Under the pieces are notes generated by a model. It had not been told where the DNA came from and did not search any database. It saw only the letters and a list, made by a program, of their open reading frames with translations. From Felis catus (Eukaryota), in assembly GCF_018350175.1 (NCBI RefSeq), contig NC_058368.1, positions 81,222,001 through 81,286,000 on the forward strand: a stretch of 64,000 bases of DNA, read 5' to 3'. Shown here in pieces: positions 1 through 13,212 of this stretch; position 1 is the stretch's first letter; every line of letters begins with the position of its first letter. A program made the translations under genes and the position numbers.

Positions 1-641
1 GGCCCGGGGCTGTCTGGGTCCCTCGTCCTTCCCACCCCGGGGCCCATCGGAGCTGCCTGCCTCCCCGCCACCTGCTCCCTCCTGCCTGGTACCATCAGGT
101 GACCACGCAGAGCTGTCTGACAGGAGCCGCCGGCATTTTCTAAGGTAAGCAGGTGCAGGAGGAAAAAGGGCCACGCTTCTTAGGAAGTCAGACAGCCGTG
201 CAGCACACAGAGGCAGGCGGCTGCTCTCAAAGCCGCAAATCAGGTCCTTTCATTTGTGTAGAATGGATCGATTTTGAATGCACACCTTGAAATTGCTGGT
301 TATAGAATTTGGTACATTTGACTGTAGTATAATTGTCCAAGGCTGTGCTATCCCAATCCCAACCCCGGGTGACAAGCTCACGCTCTGGTCTGATTCTTCC
401 GGAGTCATCACCTGGTGTCCCAGGAAGCGCGTTTTGTAGGAGATGCCATTTCTGCTTCTGTTTCCAGCATATGAGTGACACTCTTGGGGTGCCTTTGTTT
501 TCCTGAGACATTACCTACCTGCCATGGGCTACTGCTTCGGATTTTTCACAATGGATTTTCATCTGTGCGTTCGTGCTCTTTCCTGCTGACTTCTGCTCAG
601 CTGAACCCTGCAAACGAAACAGTGCAAGTAGTCCCATGCCG

Positions 642-737
642 AAGCACCCACTCTCCTCTGTCTCCAGTTTTAAGCACTCCTTCAGACTCAAGCACCCGCT
701 CTCCTCTGTCTCCAGTTTTAAGCGCTCCTTCAGACTC
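642..737. repeat. 48-bp tandem duplication (2 copies)
   Basis: Units 642-689 and 690-737 (aagcacccRctctcctctgtctccagttttaagcRctccttcagactc) differ at only two A/G positions. Confidence 0.95.
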
Positions 738-1668
738 TGGCTTCTCTGTGAGAAGCAGCATCGGGCACAGAGGAGAGGAAGATGTTGGTGTCACGGCCTC
801 ACACAGAGGGGCCCTGACCTTGTCCCCCCATAACCCCGAGTCCAGGCTGCAGCCGAGGAAGGCTGTCCCCAGAGGTGACCCACTAGCGGGAGGTGTGGGA
901 CAGCGCCCCGCTCCACTATGAATGTTGCCATTCCTAGAAAACGAAGAAGGGCCATCTCAGGAAGGGCGTGTGGTGTCGCGGCCATCTAAGCCTGGCATGA
1001 ACTAGGGGACCCAGTCCCTTCCAACAGCCCAGGTCAGCCTGCCCCGCCTCAACGCCAGGAGGGCTCCCCGCATGTGGGCCACCGAGGAGCAGGCGTCTGA
1101 GCCTGGCATGCCGGCTCCAGGGACAGAGCTCAGTCTGATTAAACTCAAACGCATAGTCCCCGTGGCTCTGGCCCTGTGGGCCACGACTGATCCCCACCTA
1201 CGTCACAGGAAGCCGCCCCTTCCGCCTAGAGTTCAGTCCCATTTGCTTCATAGAAGGCTCTATGTTCGAAAGAAAGGAAGAAAAAAGCTATTGAGAAGGA
1301 GGAGGGGAGAAGGGAGGAAAGACAGAGAAAAGAAGGAAGCAGGGGGGAGAGGACAGAGCGAGAAAGGAAAATTCTTTCACTAATGGTCTCTTGTTAAAGT
1401 AAGTTAAGAAGAGTGGTGAAAGGCCACATGAGATAGGCCTGTTCCCGTGTCACCACTGGTTTTGACTTTTGTTGTGAACTACAGCCCTCCACGGCTCAGA
1501 CAGCTGTGAACAGCAGGTGTCCCTGTCCGTGCCTCTGACCTCTCCCCTTTGGGTGCACACGTCTGTCACATTGATTCCTCTCTCTGAACCCAACACGGTT
1601 ACATTTTTCACAGAGAAAATGTGGATTATAAGATCCTCCAGATAAGTAATACAATTAAAAACACAGCA

Positions 1669-1885
1669 GGGGCGCCTGGGTGGCTCAGTCGGTTAAGCGG
1701 CCGACTTCGGCTCAGGTCATGATCTCGCGGTCCGTGAGTTCAAGCCCCGCATCGGGTTCTGTGCTGACAGCTCAGAGCCTGGAGCCTGTTTCAGATTCTG
1801 TGTCTCCCTCTCTCTGACCCTCCCCCATTCATGCTCTGTCTCTCTCTGTCTCAAAAATAAATAAACGTTAAAAAAAAATTTTAAA
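1669..1885 (+). mobile_element. Can-SINE (SINEC_Fc-type), young, with 12-bp TSD
   Basis: Head ggggcgcctgggtggctcagtcggttaag, (CT)n tract, aataaa/A tail; TSD aaaaacacagca at 1657-1668 and 1886-1897. Confidence 0.97.
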
Positions 1886-1900
1886 AAAAACACAGCAAAA

Positions 1901-2127
1901 GGGGTGCCTGGGGGGCTCAGTCAGTTAAGCGTCTGACTCCTGATCCCAGCTCAGGTAACGATCTCATGGTTTGTGAGTTCAAGCCTGGCATCGCTCTCTG
2001 TGCTGACAGCCTAGAGCCTGCTTGGGATTCTCTCTCTCCTTCTCTCTGCCTCTCCCCTGCTCGCACTCTTCTGTCTTTCCCCCTCCCTCTCTAAATAAAT
2101 AAATAAACATTAAAAAATTTTTTTTAA
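1901..2127 (+). mobile_element. Can-SINE, older subfamily
   Basis: ggggtgcctggggggctcagtcagttaag head, cttgggattctctctct body, A-rich tail. Confidence 0.95.
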
Positions 2128-2214
2128 ATTCTGCCCTGTGGACGTGGACGCTCCCTGCTGGCTCACATCCTGGGACCTTCACTGTTGACAGCCCGACGCC
2201 TGGGCCTGTGGCCT

Positions 2215-2575
2215 TTTTTTCTGTTCATTTGTTATCCTAACTTCTCATTTTTTAAACAAACGTGAGATCACATTCTTGCTGTAGTTTCACAGCTTGATTT
2301 GTAGTTGACAATAAACTGCGGCTCTCTCTCTACATCAGTACAAATACCCCATTTCTTATTTCGCTTCTCAGTAGATGTGCCATATCTCCTTGTGCGGATG
2401 GTTTTGTAGTTTATTCTTTAACCAGAAAATCCCAAGGGACATCCGCATTACTTGCGACTGTGTTTTGCACTAAGTCATTTCCAAATCTGTAAGCAGCCCT
2501 GCAGTGAACACTCCTCCCGCTGGGGCACACTCTGGAAGCACCTCTGGTGTGGGGAGTCCCAGGAGTAAAAACCAG
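2215..2575 (-). mobile_element. Ancient L1 (L1ME-like) fragment
   Basis: T-rich, highly diverged sequence resembling the antisense of an old L1 3' region (aaacgtgagatcacatt...gcagtgaacactcc...ccaggagtaaaa). Confidence 0.4.
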
Positions 2576-3559
2576 GGTGAGTGTGAGCGCTGAAAGCCCC
2601 AGTGTGTGTCTGCGTGCACCCGTCCCGTCCCTCTCTGTGTTGGTGGCTGTGGCTGAGAGAGGCGCCCTGTGTCTGCAGAAACCCGGCCAGGAGTCCCCCG
2701 TCCCCACTCACGTTTCTTTTGCTCTCCCGCCTAAAACAATGCTGTTGCATGGAGACTGGTCTAGAAGCTACCGTGTGTGGGCTTTGCAGGACTTAATCTC
2801 CACACTCATCAGGATGGACGCTTTCCACAGCAGCACGTCTGTGAGGCCCTGATGTGCGCCCCGTCCTCTGATTCTGGGGCCCGGCTTCTTCCGGAGGGAG
2901 GAGGGAGAGGGTGACGGGAGGGTGACAACCACATGCTCGGCTGTCCTGAGGCCATCGATTTCGTCTCAGGTCCCTGAGCTGTGCGTGTGCAGGCCTTAGC
3001 TGGGCGTTCCAGCGGGTGCTGTGTGACCAGGGCTGGCTCCTTCTACCCTGTTGAGTGCTGAGGCCTGCGTCCACTGTCGTGGGCTCCTGGCCGGCCCCGG
3101 GCCGGGGGAGGAGGGCACGTAGCACACACACACACATCTTTAACCTTTTATGATGAAGATCAACATTCAGGACAGTGACCCACAGGGCTGCAAAATCCAG
3201 AATCAGCAAAGAAACACCAATTTGCAGCCCTTTTCTGTATTCTCAGAGGCAGAAAAATGTTCCCACACATTTTCACATACACTTGCGATAGCATTTCTCA
3301 AAAACAAAAGTTATATCTGGGTTAACTGTATTAATCAGGAAAAAATCTAAAATTTAACCCAAATGCCCCATTTTCTGAGCATCGCTGTAGAGTCTCCTGC
3401 CCCGCGTGCACCGTGGCCCACACTGTGCCCCACCACACGCGCCTCCCCGCGTCCTCAGCCTGGCCACCACCCGCTCACCCAGACCCCACCTGTGCCACAG
3501 ACGCGTTCCCTTTGGTTCTGCACGTGTCTTTCACCACCGCAGGGGTCTAACTAGTACCG

Positions 3560-3760
3560 AGAGGAGCATCTTTATTTTAATGGTTATCTAGTTACTCGAA
3601 CCTGTACTGCACAGGAAAAAGCTAAAACTGTCGCATCGAACCCACGATTTCAACAATATTGTTGCTTAGCTAAGTACAAGAAGTGAGTCAATTTGAAGTC
3701 AATTTAAAGAAAAGTATTAAGTAAATGGCAGTGCAGGTGGTCCAGGGCTGTGTGAAGAGC
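3560..3760. mobile_element. Possible hAT-Charlie class MER fragment
   Basis: gagtcaatttaaagaaaagtattaagtaaatggcagtgcaggtggt resembles recalled hAT-Charlie MER termini; subfamily uncertain. Confidence 0.35.
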
Positions 3761-4974
3761 GGACAGTGTTAATCAAGTGACGCGGTCACAGCTCAGTCCC
3801 CCTACATTCTTCTCGTCTGGAGGACCCTCTGGTCCCTCAGCACTGAGCTTTGGGCCACACGGGTGTCACCCTTGAGCCCGTGCACACACATCTGCCATCC
3901 CCTTCCGTGCGGGGAGGGAGTGTTGATCCAATGTCTGCTGACTGGGGCGTTAACTGAAAAGTTAAGCCTGGTCTCTTTCAGGAATTGATGAAAACCTTTG
4001 GAAAAAAATTTTATCTGTATGTATTTATAGGGCTTTTTTTTTTTTTCTGAACGTAGAACTAAGACATGCTTGTTGCCAAGAAAAAAAAAATGCGTATATG
4101 GTAAAAAAGAAAACTTCCCAAAAATTGCCACCCAGGAAAAATAAAAATGAGTTCTCCCCTGCCCATCCCGTTCTCTCCCTCTCTCCACACAGACACACAC
4201 ACACATGTGCACGCACACACCTTTGTGATTTGTGTGCTGACACAGACCATCCTCTGTGCGCGGCTCTCTTACATATGGATCCGTTTCCCGTCCTCACTCA
4301 AGTAACACCAGTCCCCCAACAACACAGCTCAGTGTCATAACTAAAAACTTGCACAAAGTACCAGCCTCACTGCCAGCTCCTCTGTGGCCAGACAGACACG
4401 CACCAAGGTCCGTGACAGATGACGTGTGTCCCAGGCCGGCCCTCGCACAGACGGCAGAGTGGGTAGGCGTGATGCCTCCCTGTGTCCAGCAATGAACCCA
4501 CAGGACATTTCATGGACCTGGACGCTGCAGAGGGACCTGGCCGCAGAGAAGGCATACGGCACAGAAGCCCGAGGCGGCCACTGCACAGCCGGGATCCGAG
4601 CTGAATGTGAGCGGTGCAAACAGCAGCAAGGGCCAGCCGCGGGGAGGGGCTCGCTGTGCTGGGGACCTGAGCCGCGCAGCCAAGGGCGCGGAGTGAGGAC
4701 AGTGGGCATCCCAGAGGCAGTGACATAGCAGACCCATCGCGAGCGCCCGCAGAGGCTGGCAGTGACCCGCTCTGTGTCCCAGGTCTCTCTGAGAACAGGC
4801 AGGTACGGTTCAAACACCTTTATTTCTTATTACAAAGAAATAAAGCCCTTTATACTCTCAGTGTTCCTATCGTGTCACACTACAGTGACCTAAATAGGCA
4901 TCAAGCGTTAGGAAAACATTATTGTTACATTTATAACTAACAGTAAGAGAGTTTCTAAGGCTTTAATAATTAAA

Positions 4975-5170
4975 AAAAAAATTTAATTACTTATTTATTA
5001 TTTTTTGAGGAGAGCAAGTAGGGGAGGGGCAGACAGAGGGAGAGAGAAAATCCCAAGCAAGTTCTGTGTTGTCAGGACAGAGCCCGACATGGGGCTCGAA
5101 CCCATGAACCGTGAGATTATGGCCTGAGCCGAAGTTGGACGCCTAACCAACTGAGTCACCCAGGCGCCCC
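4975..5170 (-). mobile_element. Can-SINE
   Basis: Ends in ctgagtcacccaggcgcccc (reverse complement of the SINE head); begins with T-rich tail and GA tract. Confidence 0.95.
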
Positions 5171-6926
5171 CTTAACAAAAATTTTTAAAGGTCACTGTGC
5201 ACCTGTCTCCCCGCTGATCCCGGAGACGGTCTTCCTGGTTTGAGGCAGGACTGCCGGAATGGGGAAAACGGGATCATTCTGCCTTCAGGTTTCCTCCCAC
5301 GACACGTGACTCCTCTTCTGTGCCCGCGCACAGACTGGCTGGACTCTGGGCTGTTGCCTTCATTTCCTCAGCAAGCCCTTCTTGGTGGATTTAGGTAAGC
5401 CCCATATTTTAAAATTTTAAATCTGGGAGGAGAAGGTGCCCAGGAGTAGCGGGGATCCCGAGCCGGGAGGAAAGTGCTGCAGAAAGGGAGTGAAATCCCC
5501 ACTCCTCTGCCCGAATGTGCCCGGGGTTTTATTATAAACGTGTCCCGTCTGTAATAAACAGCCCATTGTTGTTGATGTCACAGCTGGAGGGCCGCACAGA
5601 CATGTGCCTGCCCACGTCCTCTTTACTCTGCTGCTGATGCGCACTCCTGCCTTAGGGTCACAGGGCGGCCAGACACCTGACATCCAAGGCGAGGCAGAGG
5701 AAATGGACAGCAGGTTGGGGTCACACAAGCCCGGGGAGGGGACAACGCACTGCACACAAGGCCGCTCGGGGCCCTCTCTGACAGGAAGAACAAGCAGGCA
5801 CCACGGGGACAAGCTCGCAGGCAGGAGAGGGCGGGGTGGCCCCTGGGTCCCCTGGGAGCACACGGCTGCCTTGCTGGAAGAATTCCACGGGCTGGCAGGG
5901 AACCTAAGCCCACCACTCAGGACTCAGCAGGCCCTGCGCCTGGTCCCCGTGATAAGGAGGGCTGCTTGGCTGAGGGACCTTATCCGTGGCTGCAGAGTCG
6001 GGAGGGGACCCGCAGTCGGGCCTTCTGAGACCCTCACAGCTACCCCAGACATCAAGGCAGCACATGACGCTGGGTCTTAATTTTAGGCCTTACACAAAAT
6101 ACCGTTTATGCTCAGAACAGCAGAAACTCTGCCGGCTCTGTTTGTCATCTAGCAACCGCTGGGTGGACCGTCCAGCTGGCCACCTACCTGTGTCCCTAAA
6201 AGGGACGTTTAACCACATGGGGACGTCAGCTTATCCTACAAAGGACACGTCAGCTGTGGATGGAAACGCTCCCGTGCCAGGCTCTCCCTAGTTTGACCGA
6301 CACGGGCACCTGCCGATTGCCCACCACGTGGAGCCCCGCCAATCGGTACAAACTGTGGACCGTGCGCGCACCCCACCTGCGACCCCGTCTCTGTTTTCAT
6401 GTTTCGTTTTGCTATTTATTTCTCAGAAAGCACTGTCTGCATGTGATACACACTCAAGGGCAGCAAAGAGCGGGCTGGGGGGCACCTCCTACGGGGCAGG
6501 CACGTCTGCGCGGTGCCCTCGCACAGGAGGCGGTTTGCCGCAGAACAGTCACCGCATGGTTTTTGTTAGGCGTCGACCTACGAGCCTCCCAAGTACACGT
6601 GGCTCCCCTGACACATAGCACGTGGGCAGCCAGGCTCGAGAGCAAACACAGGCCCAGACGTCGGCCTGCCTTCGCCTCCGTGGCCCGCTGTCACCTGGGC
6701 CGACAGAGTGTCTCCCCGTGAAGTGTGCCTGCCCCCACCCCGAGCGAGCGGCCGTTCGCTGACCCGACGCAAGGGCATTTGCAGGATGTGCTCCTTCCAT
6801 CTTTATTGTCGCGCCAACGCACTGCTGTGTCCCGTGAAGAAAAAATTGCAGCTCGTGCCTGCCGCATAGGGACGACACACACCATCGTGGGCGTCTGTAT
6901 TTGCCTTTAAAAATAATCGGGCGGGG

Positions 6927-7150
6927 GGCGGTGCCTGGGTAATTCAGCTGGTTAAGTGTCTGACTTCAGCTCAGGTCATGATCTCACGGTTTGTGGGTTC
7001 GAGCCCCGCATCAGGCTCTGTGCTGACAGCTCGGAGCCTGGAGCTTGCTTCGGATTCTGTGTCTCCCTCTCCCTCTGCCCCTACCTGGCTCATGCTCTGT
7101 CTCTGTCTCTGTCTCTCTCTCTCAAAAATAAATAAACACTGAAAAAAAGA
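6927..7150 (+). mobile_element. Can-SINE (SINEC_Fc-type)
   Basis: gtgcctgggtaattcagctggttaag...ctcaggtcatgatctcacggtt...(TC)n...aaaataaataaac. Confidence 0.96.
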
Positions 7151-8314
7151 TAAATAATTCAAGCTACAGATCGCTTAGAGAATCGTGGCTGCAAGCTAAG
7201 GTAGGTGACGTGAGGACTCTAGCCGGAGCCTAGAGATAATAGCCAGCGCCCTGCACCCATGTGACTTCCTACTCGCCAACCCAGTAGAGCCCTCGCTGGG
7301 GAGGGTCCACCTGTGGCCAGGAAATGTGGAATCAGGGCCCCCGCGAAACTCAGAACATTTTTACCTTTTTCAAAAGTGTTTCCCTATTCTCTGCTTTTTT
7401 CTTTCTGGATGTTTCCTCTCCTCACGGTGTCCCCTCCTGCAGTCAGGAGTGCGGCAGACCTCACAGTACTGACTGCGAGGTCAGTTTCTAACCTGGCTCA
7501 CTTTGGACAATATTTACCTTTTTCTGATGGTTTGATGTGAGGAAAGATGTGATAAAATTGCTGGGATTTCAAAAAGAGAGATCACGTGAACGAGTCAGAT
7601 CACAAGACCTATTCACACTCAGGTTCAACCAGTGCCAGATATGACACAAACGTTCCATGCCACCACACTATTTAGTGAGTGTCGAAAAGATCAGGCGACT
7701 CTCAGAACAAGCAGAGTCTCCACTTTTCGGGGAGAGGACACAAAACAAGAGAGGATGAACGGGACCTTGTCGTTACTGGCTAATTCCAGCAAACCTGAGT
7801 GTCCACCCATGATTATCTTCTGTGCAGTTGAGCACAGGCTGTTCTCACCCACTCGATGCCCGTGACACACCAGGGAAGCTAACTCAGAGATCTCCCCGCT
7901 TCCTTCCGGTCAGCACTGCTGGGGTCAGCCTGTGGCCGAAGTCCAGAGCATTTTCTGCCAATGATTATCCCAACCCCTCAACCCGCACCTCACCAAGAAG
8001 CTTCCTCAAAAGCTGGCTTGGTGGTGACTCCCTGGTGACGCTACAGAGGGAAGACGCTGCCCTTTTGCCGCCTCTTATGACCGTTGTGGTCACCTCCTGC
8101 CCACCCCTGCATCGACCCAGGGATCCGCAGGACCCTAGGTGTCTTGGCATTTTAATGATAGAAAATCTAGAGAAACCTAACAGTATCAAAGCTGAAATTG
8201 CAATCACTTGTAGTCCTTATTGTGAAATAATTTGAAAAACCATAGTCTTTTGGAAGCATTCTGCCACAGCCCTCCAGGATCAGACACGGATCTCCAGGCT
8301 GTGCTCTGGGCTGC

Positions 8315-8790
8315 TGTCATGGGCTGAACTGTGTCCCTGTGAAGGTGGCGAAGTCTTAGCCTCCTAGCACCTATGAGGCTGACCTTTTTTGAAAAAGAGT
8401 CATGGCCGATGATCAAATTAAGATGAGATCATCCATCATGATGTGCTGTCCTTGTAAACCCTGGTCCTCATCCGTTGTGAGTGGTATCCTTATAAAAGGA
8501 GGGAGTCTGGACCCAGGTGCACACACAGGTGCACACATAGGGAGAGTGCAAGGTGAGTGTGGGGGTGGGTGATGCTTCTACAAGCCCAGAAACACCGAGG
8601 ATCACCAGAAGCTACCACCAGCTGGAGGAAGAGGGGGGGAGCAGGGAGCAGACTGTCCCTCGTGACCTCAGAAGAAGCCGGCCGTGCCGCCATGGTGATC
8701 TGGCTGTGCCCTCCACACCGTGAGGCAGTAACCCAGCCCATGTGTGGTGCCGTTCAGTGGTCTGCACAAGCCAGCACCCTCTGCAGGAGA
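8315..8790 (+). mobile_element. MaLR LTR (MLT1-like), solo LTR
   Basis: Starts tgtcatgggctgaactgtgtccc; contains ttaagatgagatcat, ccttataaaagga, ccaccagctggaggaag and ctcagaagaagcc motifs typical of MLT1. Confidence 0.75.
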
Positions 8791-9187
8791 TAACCTTCTT
8801 CCAGCCGTGCAATGTCCTTGGACTTGCCTTTATTATGTTAAAAACAAGAGGAGTTGGACAGGTCTGGGATGTCGAGAGAAACAGCACCTTGGGCCCCAGC
8901 ACGTGAAGCAGGAAACTGTGGGCATGCTGTGGCCAGAGCGTCAGCTGGGGGGTAGGGAGTCTGCTACCCACCTGCCACAGCCCTTCTCCTGGGAGCGTCT
9001 TCAGGGAGCCCAGGTTGGAAATCACTTGACCATCCTGCCTCAGGTCACCGAGAAGCTCTAGGTCGTCTGACAATGAACTCACCATCCAAGTGCATCACAG
9101 CGCAACAAACTGTAAAATACACATTTGAGGAGTAACTGTCTTTTAAAAAGTCTTCTTTATTGCAGGTTATTTTGTGTTTGAGTATTT

Positions 9188-9189
<2 letters not shown>

Positions 9190-9222
<33 letters not shown>
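9190..9222. repeat. (TG)n microsatellite, about 16 units
   Basis: Directly visible. Confidence 0.98.
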
Positions 9223-9224
<2 letters not shown>

Positions 9225-9932
9225 CGTGCGCACACGCGTGTGAGAGGGATGAGATGGTTCACGTCTTTTTGGTTGACTTTGGTAAATCTACAGACCCTCC
9301 CAACCCTGGCAGGTGTGAGTGCACCTACAGCCACACTGCCCATCAACCCCAGATAAGGTCAGGGAGGCCAGAAAGGGAGCGGGTAGCCAGCCTCGCCCGT
9401 AAATGGTTGGCCATCAACAGCAGCCTCCACAAGAGGAGACTTCACAAAAAACACTCTCCTGGACATCATCCTGTGCTGGTCTCCTTGCCTCCAGTCTCTT
9501 CCTCCAGCATTCTTGTTGAAGGCAGTGTGAAGGGAGCGTTAGCAGAACCGTGGTCTCGCACCCCTGCGTGAGCCGTGGTTTCTTCGCTCTCGACATGCAC
9601 AGTGGCCCTGAGGCTCCATCGATGTGAGCTAAATGCCGTATCTGAAACCAACCACAAGCGATTAAAGTGTTAAATGGGCTTTTTCGGGTCTTGCACGGCC
9701 AGGTCTGTCTGACACACGGGATGGAGTGTGAGGGGACGCCACCCCCGTTTATCCCATGTTCCTGATGGTGCAGAAGGAACGCTGGGCTCAAGCCTGGATT
9801 TTTCCAAGTTTCCTGTGACATAGTCTTCATAATTGCATTTTACTGAGAAGTACTGTATCCAACTCCCACTGGCCAGCCCCTCTCAGGGGATATGCAGAGT
9901 TACAGTCCACTCATTGGGACCACTGGTCCCAA

Positions 9933-9964
9933 TGCACAAGGAACCCAGTGCACAAGGAACCCAG
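9933..9964. repeat. 16-bp perfect tandem duplication
   Basis: tgcacaaggaacccag twice. Confidence 0.9.
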
Positions 9965-10129
9965 CCCTGGGCCCCACAGTGACAGCCTGCTCATTGGCAC
10001 CACTGGCCTGGCTCCCTCCCTTCCTGATGTCACTGCCCTGCCGCCTTCCTTGCGCCTCCTGGGATCACCTCCCAAATAATGCCCTGCTCTCAGTCTGTCT
10101 CTGGACGGCACGGGGGGAATCCCACGTGA

Positions 10130-10420
10130 AATGATGTAGACTTGATCCTGGAAGCAGGGGAGCCATGGAAGATTATAAGCCAGGAGCTGGCAGCCTGAGT
10201 CAACGTTTCAGGACGTTCATTCTGCCACAATGTGGAGGAAGGACGAGCCGGGAGACAGGATGGACGGCAGTGGCTGTCAGGGAGAGGAATGCAGAACAGG
10301 GAACCGGAGCCCCTGGGAGCACCAGGCATGTGGAGGAAGGAAACTGAGGAAGGATGAGGGGGGAGGGGAAAGCAGAAGACCCCGACCCGTTTCTCCAGAA
10401 GCAGCGGGAACTGCGTGCTC
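10130..10420 (-). mobile_element. L2 LINE relic
   Basis: gacttgatcctggaagcaggggagccatggaagattataagccagg...cattctgccacaatgtggagg matches the recalled antisense L2 pattern. Confidence 0.55.
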
Positions 10421-11413
10421 CAGGGATCACTCCTGTTCTTGCGGCTCCCTGAGGCCAGGAGACGGCTGTGAGCCAGCGCACAGACAGGAGACAGGTAGGG
10501 ACGGGGGACTCCTCAGTGAGTGGCCGTCGGGCCACACATGCAGGGAATCTGGTCCGGAGGGCGGTTGAGATGGTGAAATAACCCACCTTCCTGGACGGCG
10601 CACAGTTCCTTCCGTGTGGTGTGTTTTCAGTCCGTTTATGTTCAGTTTAATTAGATGAGCCTGAAGTTGATGATCGCTGGCTGTTTGTCTTTTGGCTTCG
10701 AGGGAAAATCTGCGAAGCAACATGCTTCTCAAACCACAAATGTCTAGGACGGTTTTACAGGGGTTATTCCTGGTGGCTACGTGCCAACCCTTTAAGTATC
10801 TCTCAGAATAAAAGGGGCAAGGTTTTAGGTTGTCCTTTCCTCGTAACTACTGAAAACCACAAGGAATGTTTTGCTCACTCAGAGCCATTTATTTTATACA
10901 CGAAACAGGATAGAATGGTATCTCGGCTTCCTCTTGGGAAGAGCACTGTGTCCCCTGGAAGGCGGATCTGGTAAATCGCGCGGGCAGAGGACGCACTGCC
11001 AGGGGACAGCACGGGGATCGAAGTGATGTTCAGTGTCCCTGGCTGTGGGAGAGAGAAGATAAAACAAACACACACGCGCACACGCGACAACGTGGCAGGA
11101 GGCAGGGGAGGGGGAGGGCTTGGGCCTCACGCACTTGGGTCCCTTCCCGCGACCCCAGTAGGTTGTCAGCAGAAACAGTCATAAGTACAGAATGCTTCAC
11201 GGGATTGATTCTGTTGTGGCTCCTTTCAAATGTGTGTGTGCTGTAGGCAGAGGGAAGGTCAGAAGTGCAAGAAAGGAATGCTGGGCAGGTGCTGACACAC
11301 GACGAAGCCACGCGCAGGTGAAGGAGACGGGCAGGATCAAAGTGCAGCGGCCAGGTGACGGCTGTTCTGGCAGATGTGGACGGTTCACGTGGCTGCAGTG
11401 TGGCGGCTGCACA

Positions 11414-11496
11414 GGGACAGATGGGGAACATGCTGTGGGCCGCGCGGGGACAGATGGGGATGGGCCGTGGGTCGCGCGGGGACAGACAGACGGGGA
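11414..11496. repeat. Degenerate ~33-bp GC-rich tandem repeat (about 2.5 copies)
   Basis: gggacagatgggga...gtgggYcgcgcg repeated. Confidence 0.75.
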
Positions 11497-12581
11497 CGTG
11501 CCATGGGCAAAGCGGGGATCACGCCGGGAGGGGCCTCCAGAGCAGCCGGGGGTTGGGGCCCCATCCCTGAGGACGAAGCATGCCCTTGAGCATGCCACCA
11601 GCTGTAAATAAGTGAGGGTTTTATTCTTAGCATCCCCGTGAGTCACCGCCGTGGCGGTGGGACGGAGAACAGGGCAGACACGTATAGAAACTAGCGGCTA
11701 GTGTCCAACGGTCCCTTACGACAGAGAGAGAAGAGGCAACGTTGAGATTGGGCCGGTAGAATCGGTGCCTTCCGTCAAAGCCGGGAGTGTGAGGAGAGCC
11801 ATTTATTTGTGGCGACAAGAGGGACCTGATGAGCCACAAGGAGAGCCGTGTGGGTTCGAGGCAGCAGTGAGGTGTTCGTGTGGAAGGTCCCCACATAGCC
11901 AGAAATTCAGGCTGGGAATTGATGGAGATAACGTGAGGCCAGAAACAGCAGTGACTGCTGCAGACTGTGGAAAGGAGAAGGGGCCGGGCAGCACTCAGAG
12001 CCCCTGCTGGCTCTCCAGAGTCCTCTGTGGCTGGCGTGTCCCTGCCTCCCGCTCGCAGGCAGGGTCCTGGCACAGACACGCTCTTTACGATTGACCGTGT
12101 TGTTCGCCTGGGGCCGGGGGACAGCAAGTGGGCAAGTGTGGGGCGTATGAGTCTCTGCACACGCGTCAGAGAGAGGCCTGGAGGCAGGTGGGGGGCTGCC
12201 CGTTGGGCTCAGCTGGGAGTGTGAGGGGGGCACGCTAGGCCCTGGCTGGCACCGGGAGGAGGGGACACGGAGGAATCCGGTGCCACAGACAGAAAAGCTG
12301 TGCCAGCTGCCGGGTGAGCTGTGCCGTGACCGGTGCCTCCTGCTCTCCCTCACCGTCGGGCACACGCGTGGGCCTCACGCCACGAAGCAGGAAGTCGTGT
12401 ACCTTCTCCAGTCTCTCCTCCTCTTGTGGGTGTGCCGTGAGGATGGGCTAGAATCCATTGGGGAAAGAAAGGCTGGAGTAGAAAATGAGTTCATTTTTAT
12501 GCACACAAATGATGGTGTTTTTGGCGACATCAGGGCTGAGTTTCGTCCTCCCCGAGGAGCACAGAACTTTCTTCACTTTCT

Positions 12582-13212
12582 GTTTTTTTTTCTATGATTC
12601 ATTTTTTTTATAATTTACATCCAAATTAGTTAGCATATAGTGCAACAATGATTTCAGAAGTAGATTCCTTAGTGCCCCTCCCCCATTTAGCCAACCCCCC
12701 CCCACAACCTCTCCAGCAACCCTGTTTGTTCTCCATATTTATGAGTCTCTTCTGTTTTGTCCCCCTCCCTGTTTTTATATTATTTTTGTTTCTCTTCCCT
12801 TATGTTCATCTGTTCTGTGCCTTAAAGTCCTCATATGAGTGAAGTCATACGATATGTCTTTCTCTGACTGATTTCGGTTAGCATAATACCCTCCAGTTCC
12901 ATCCATGTAGTTGCAAATGGCAAGATTCCATTTTTTTTGATTCCCGAGTAATACTCCATTGTATATATAGACCACATCTTCTTTATCCATTCATCCATCG
13001 ATGGACATTTGGGCTCTTTCCATACTTTGGCTATTGTTGATGGTGCTGCTATAAACATGGGGTGCATGTGCCCCTTCGAATCAGCATTTCAGTATCCCTT
13101 GGATAAATGCCCAGTGGTGCACTTGCTGGGTCGTAGGGCAGTTCCGTTTCTAACTTTCTGAGGACCCTCCATGATGTTCTCCAGCGCAGCTTCAGCAGTT
13201 TGCACTCCCACC
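12582..13212 (-). mobile_element. 5'-truncated carnivore/felid L1 (ORF2 C-terminus + 3' UTR)
   Basis: ORF 12831..13067(-) reads PMFIAAPSTIAKVWKEPKCPSMDEWIKKMW...LPFATTWMELEGIML, the L1 ORF2 C-terminus; T-rich tail at left; degenerate TSD cactttc(c)t. Confidence 0.95.

Noticed and set aside
141..150. Isolated splice-donor matches (aag|gtaagc here; also about 20881, 33269, 41505)
   Set aside because: Dozens of such hexamers are expected by chance in 64 kb, and no consistent plus-strand exon chain or coding frame was found.
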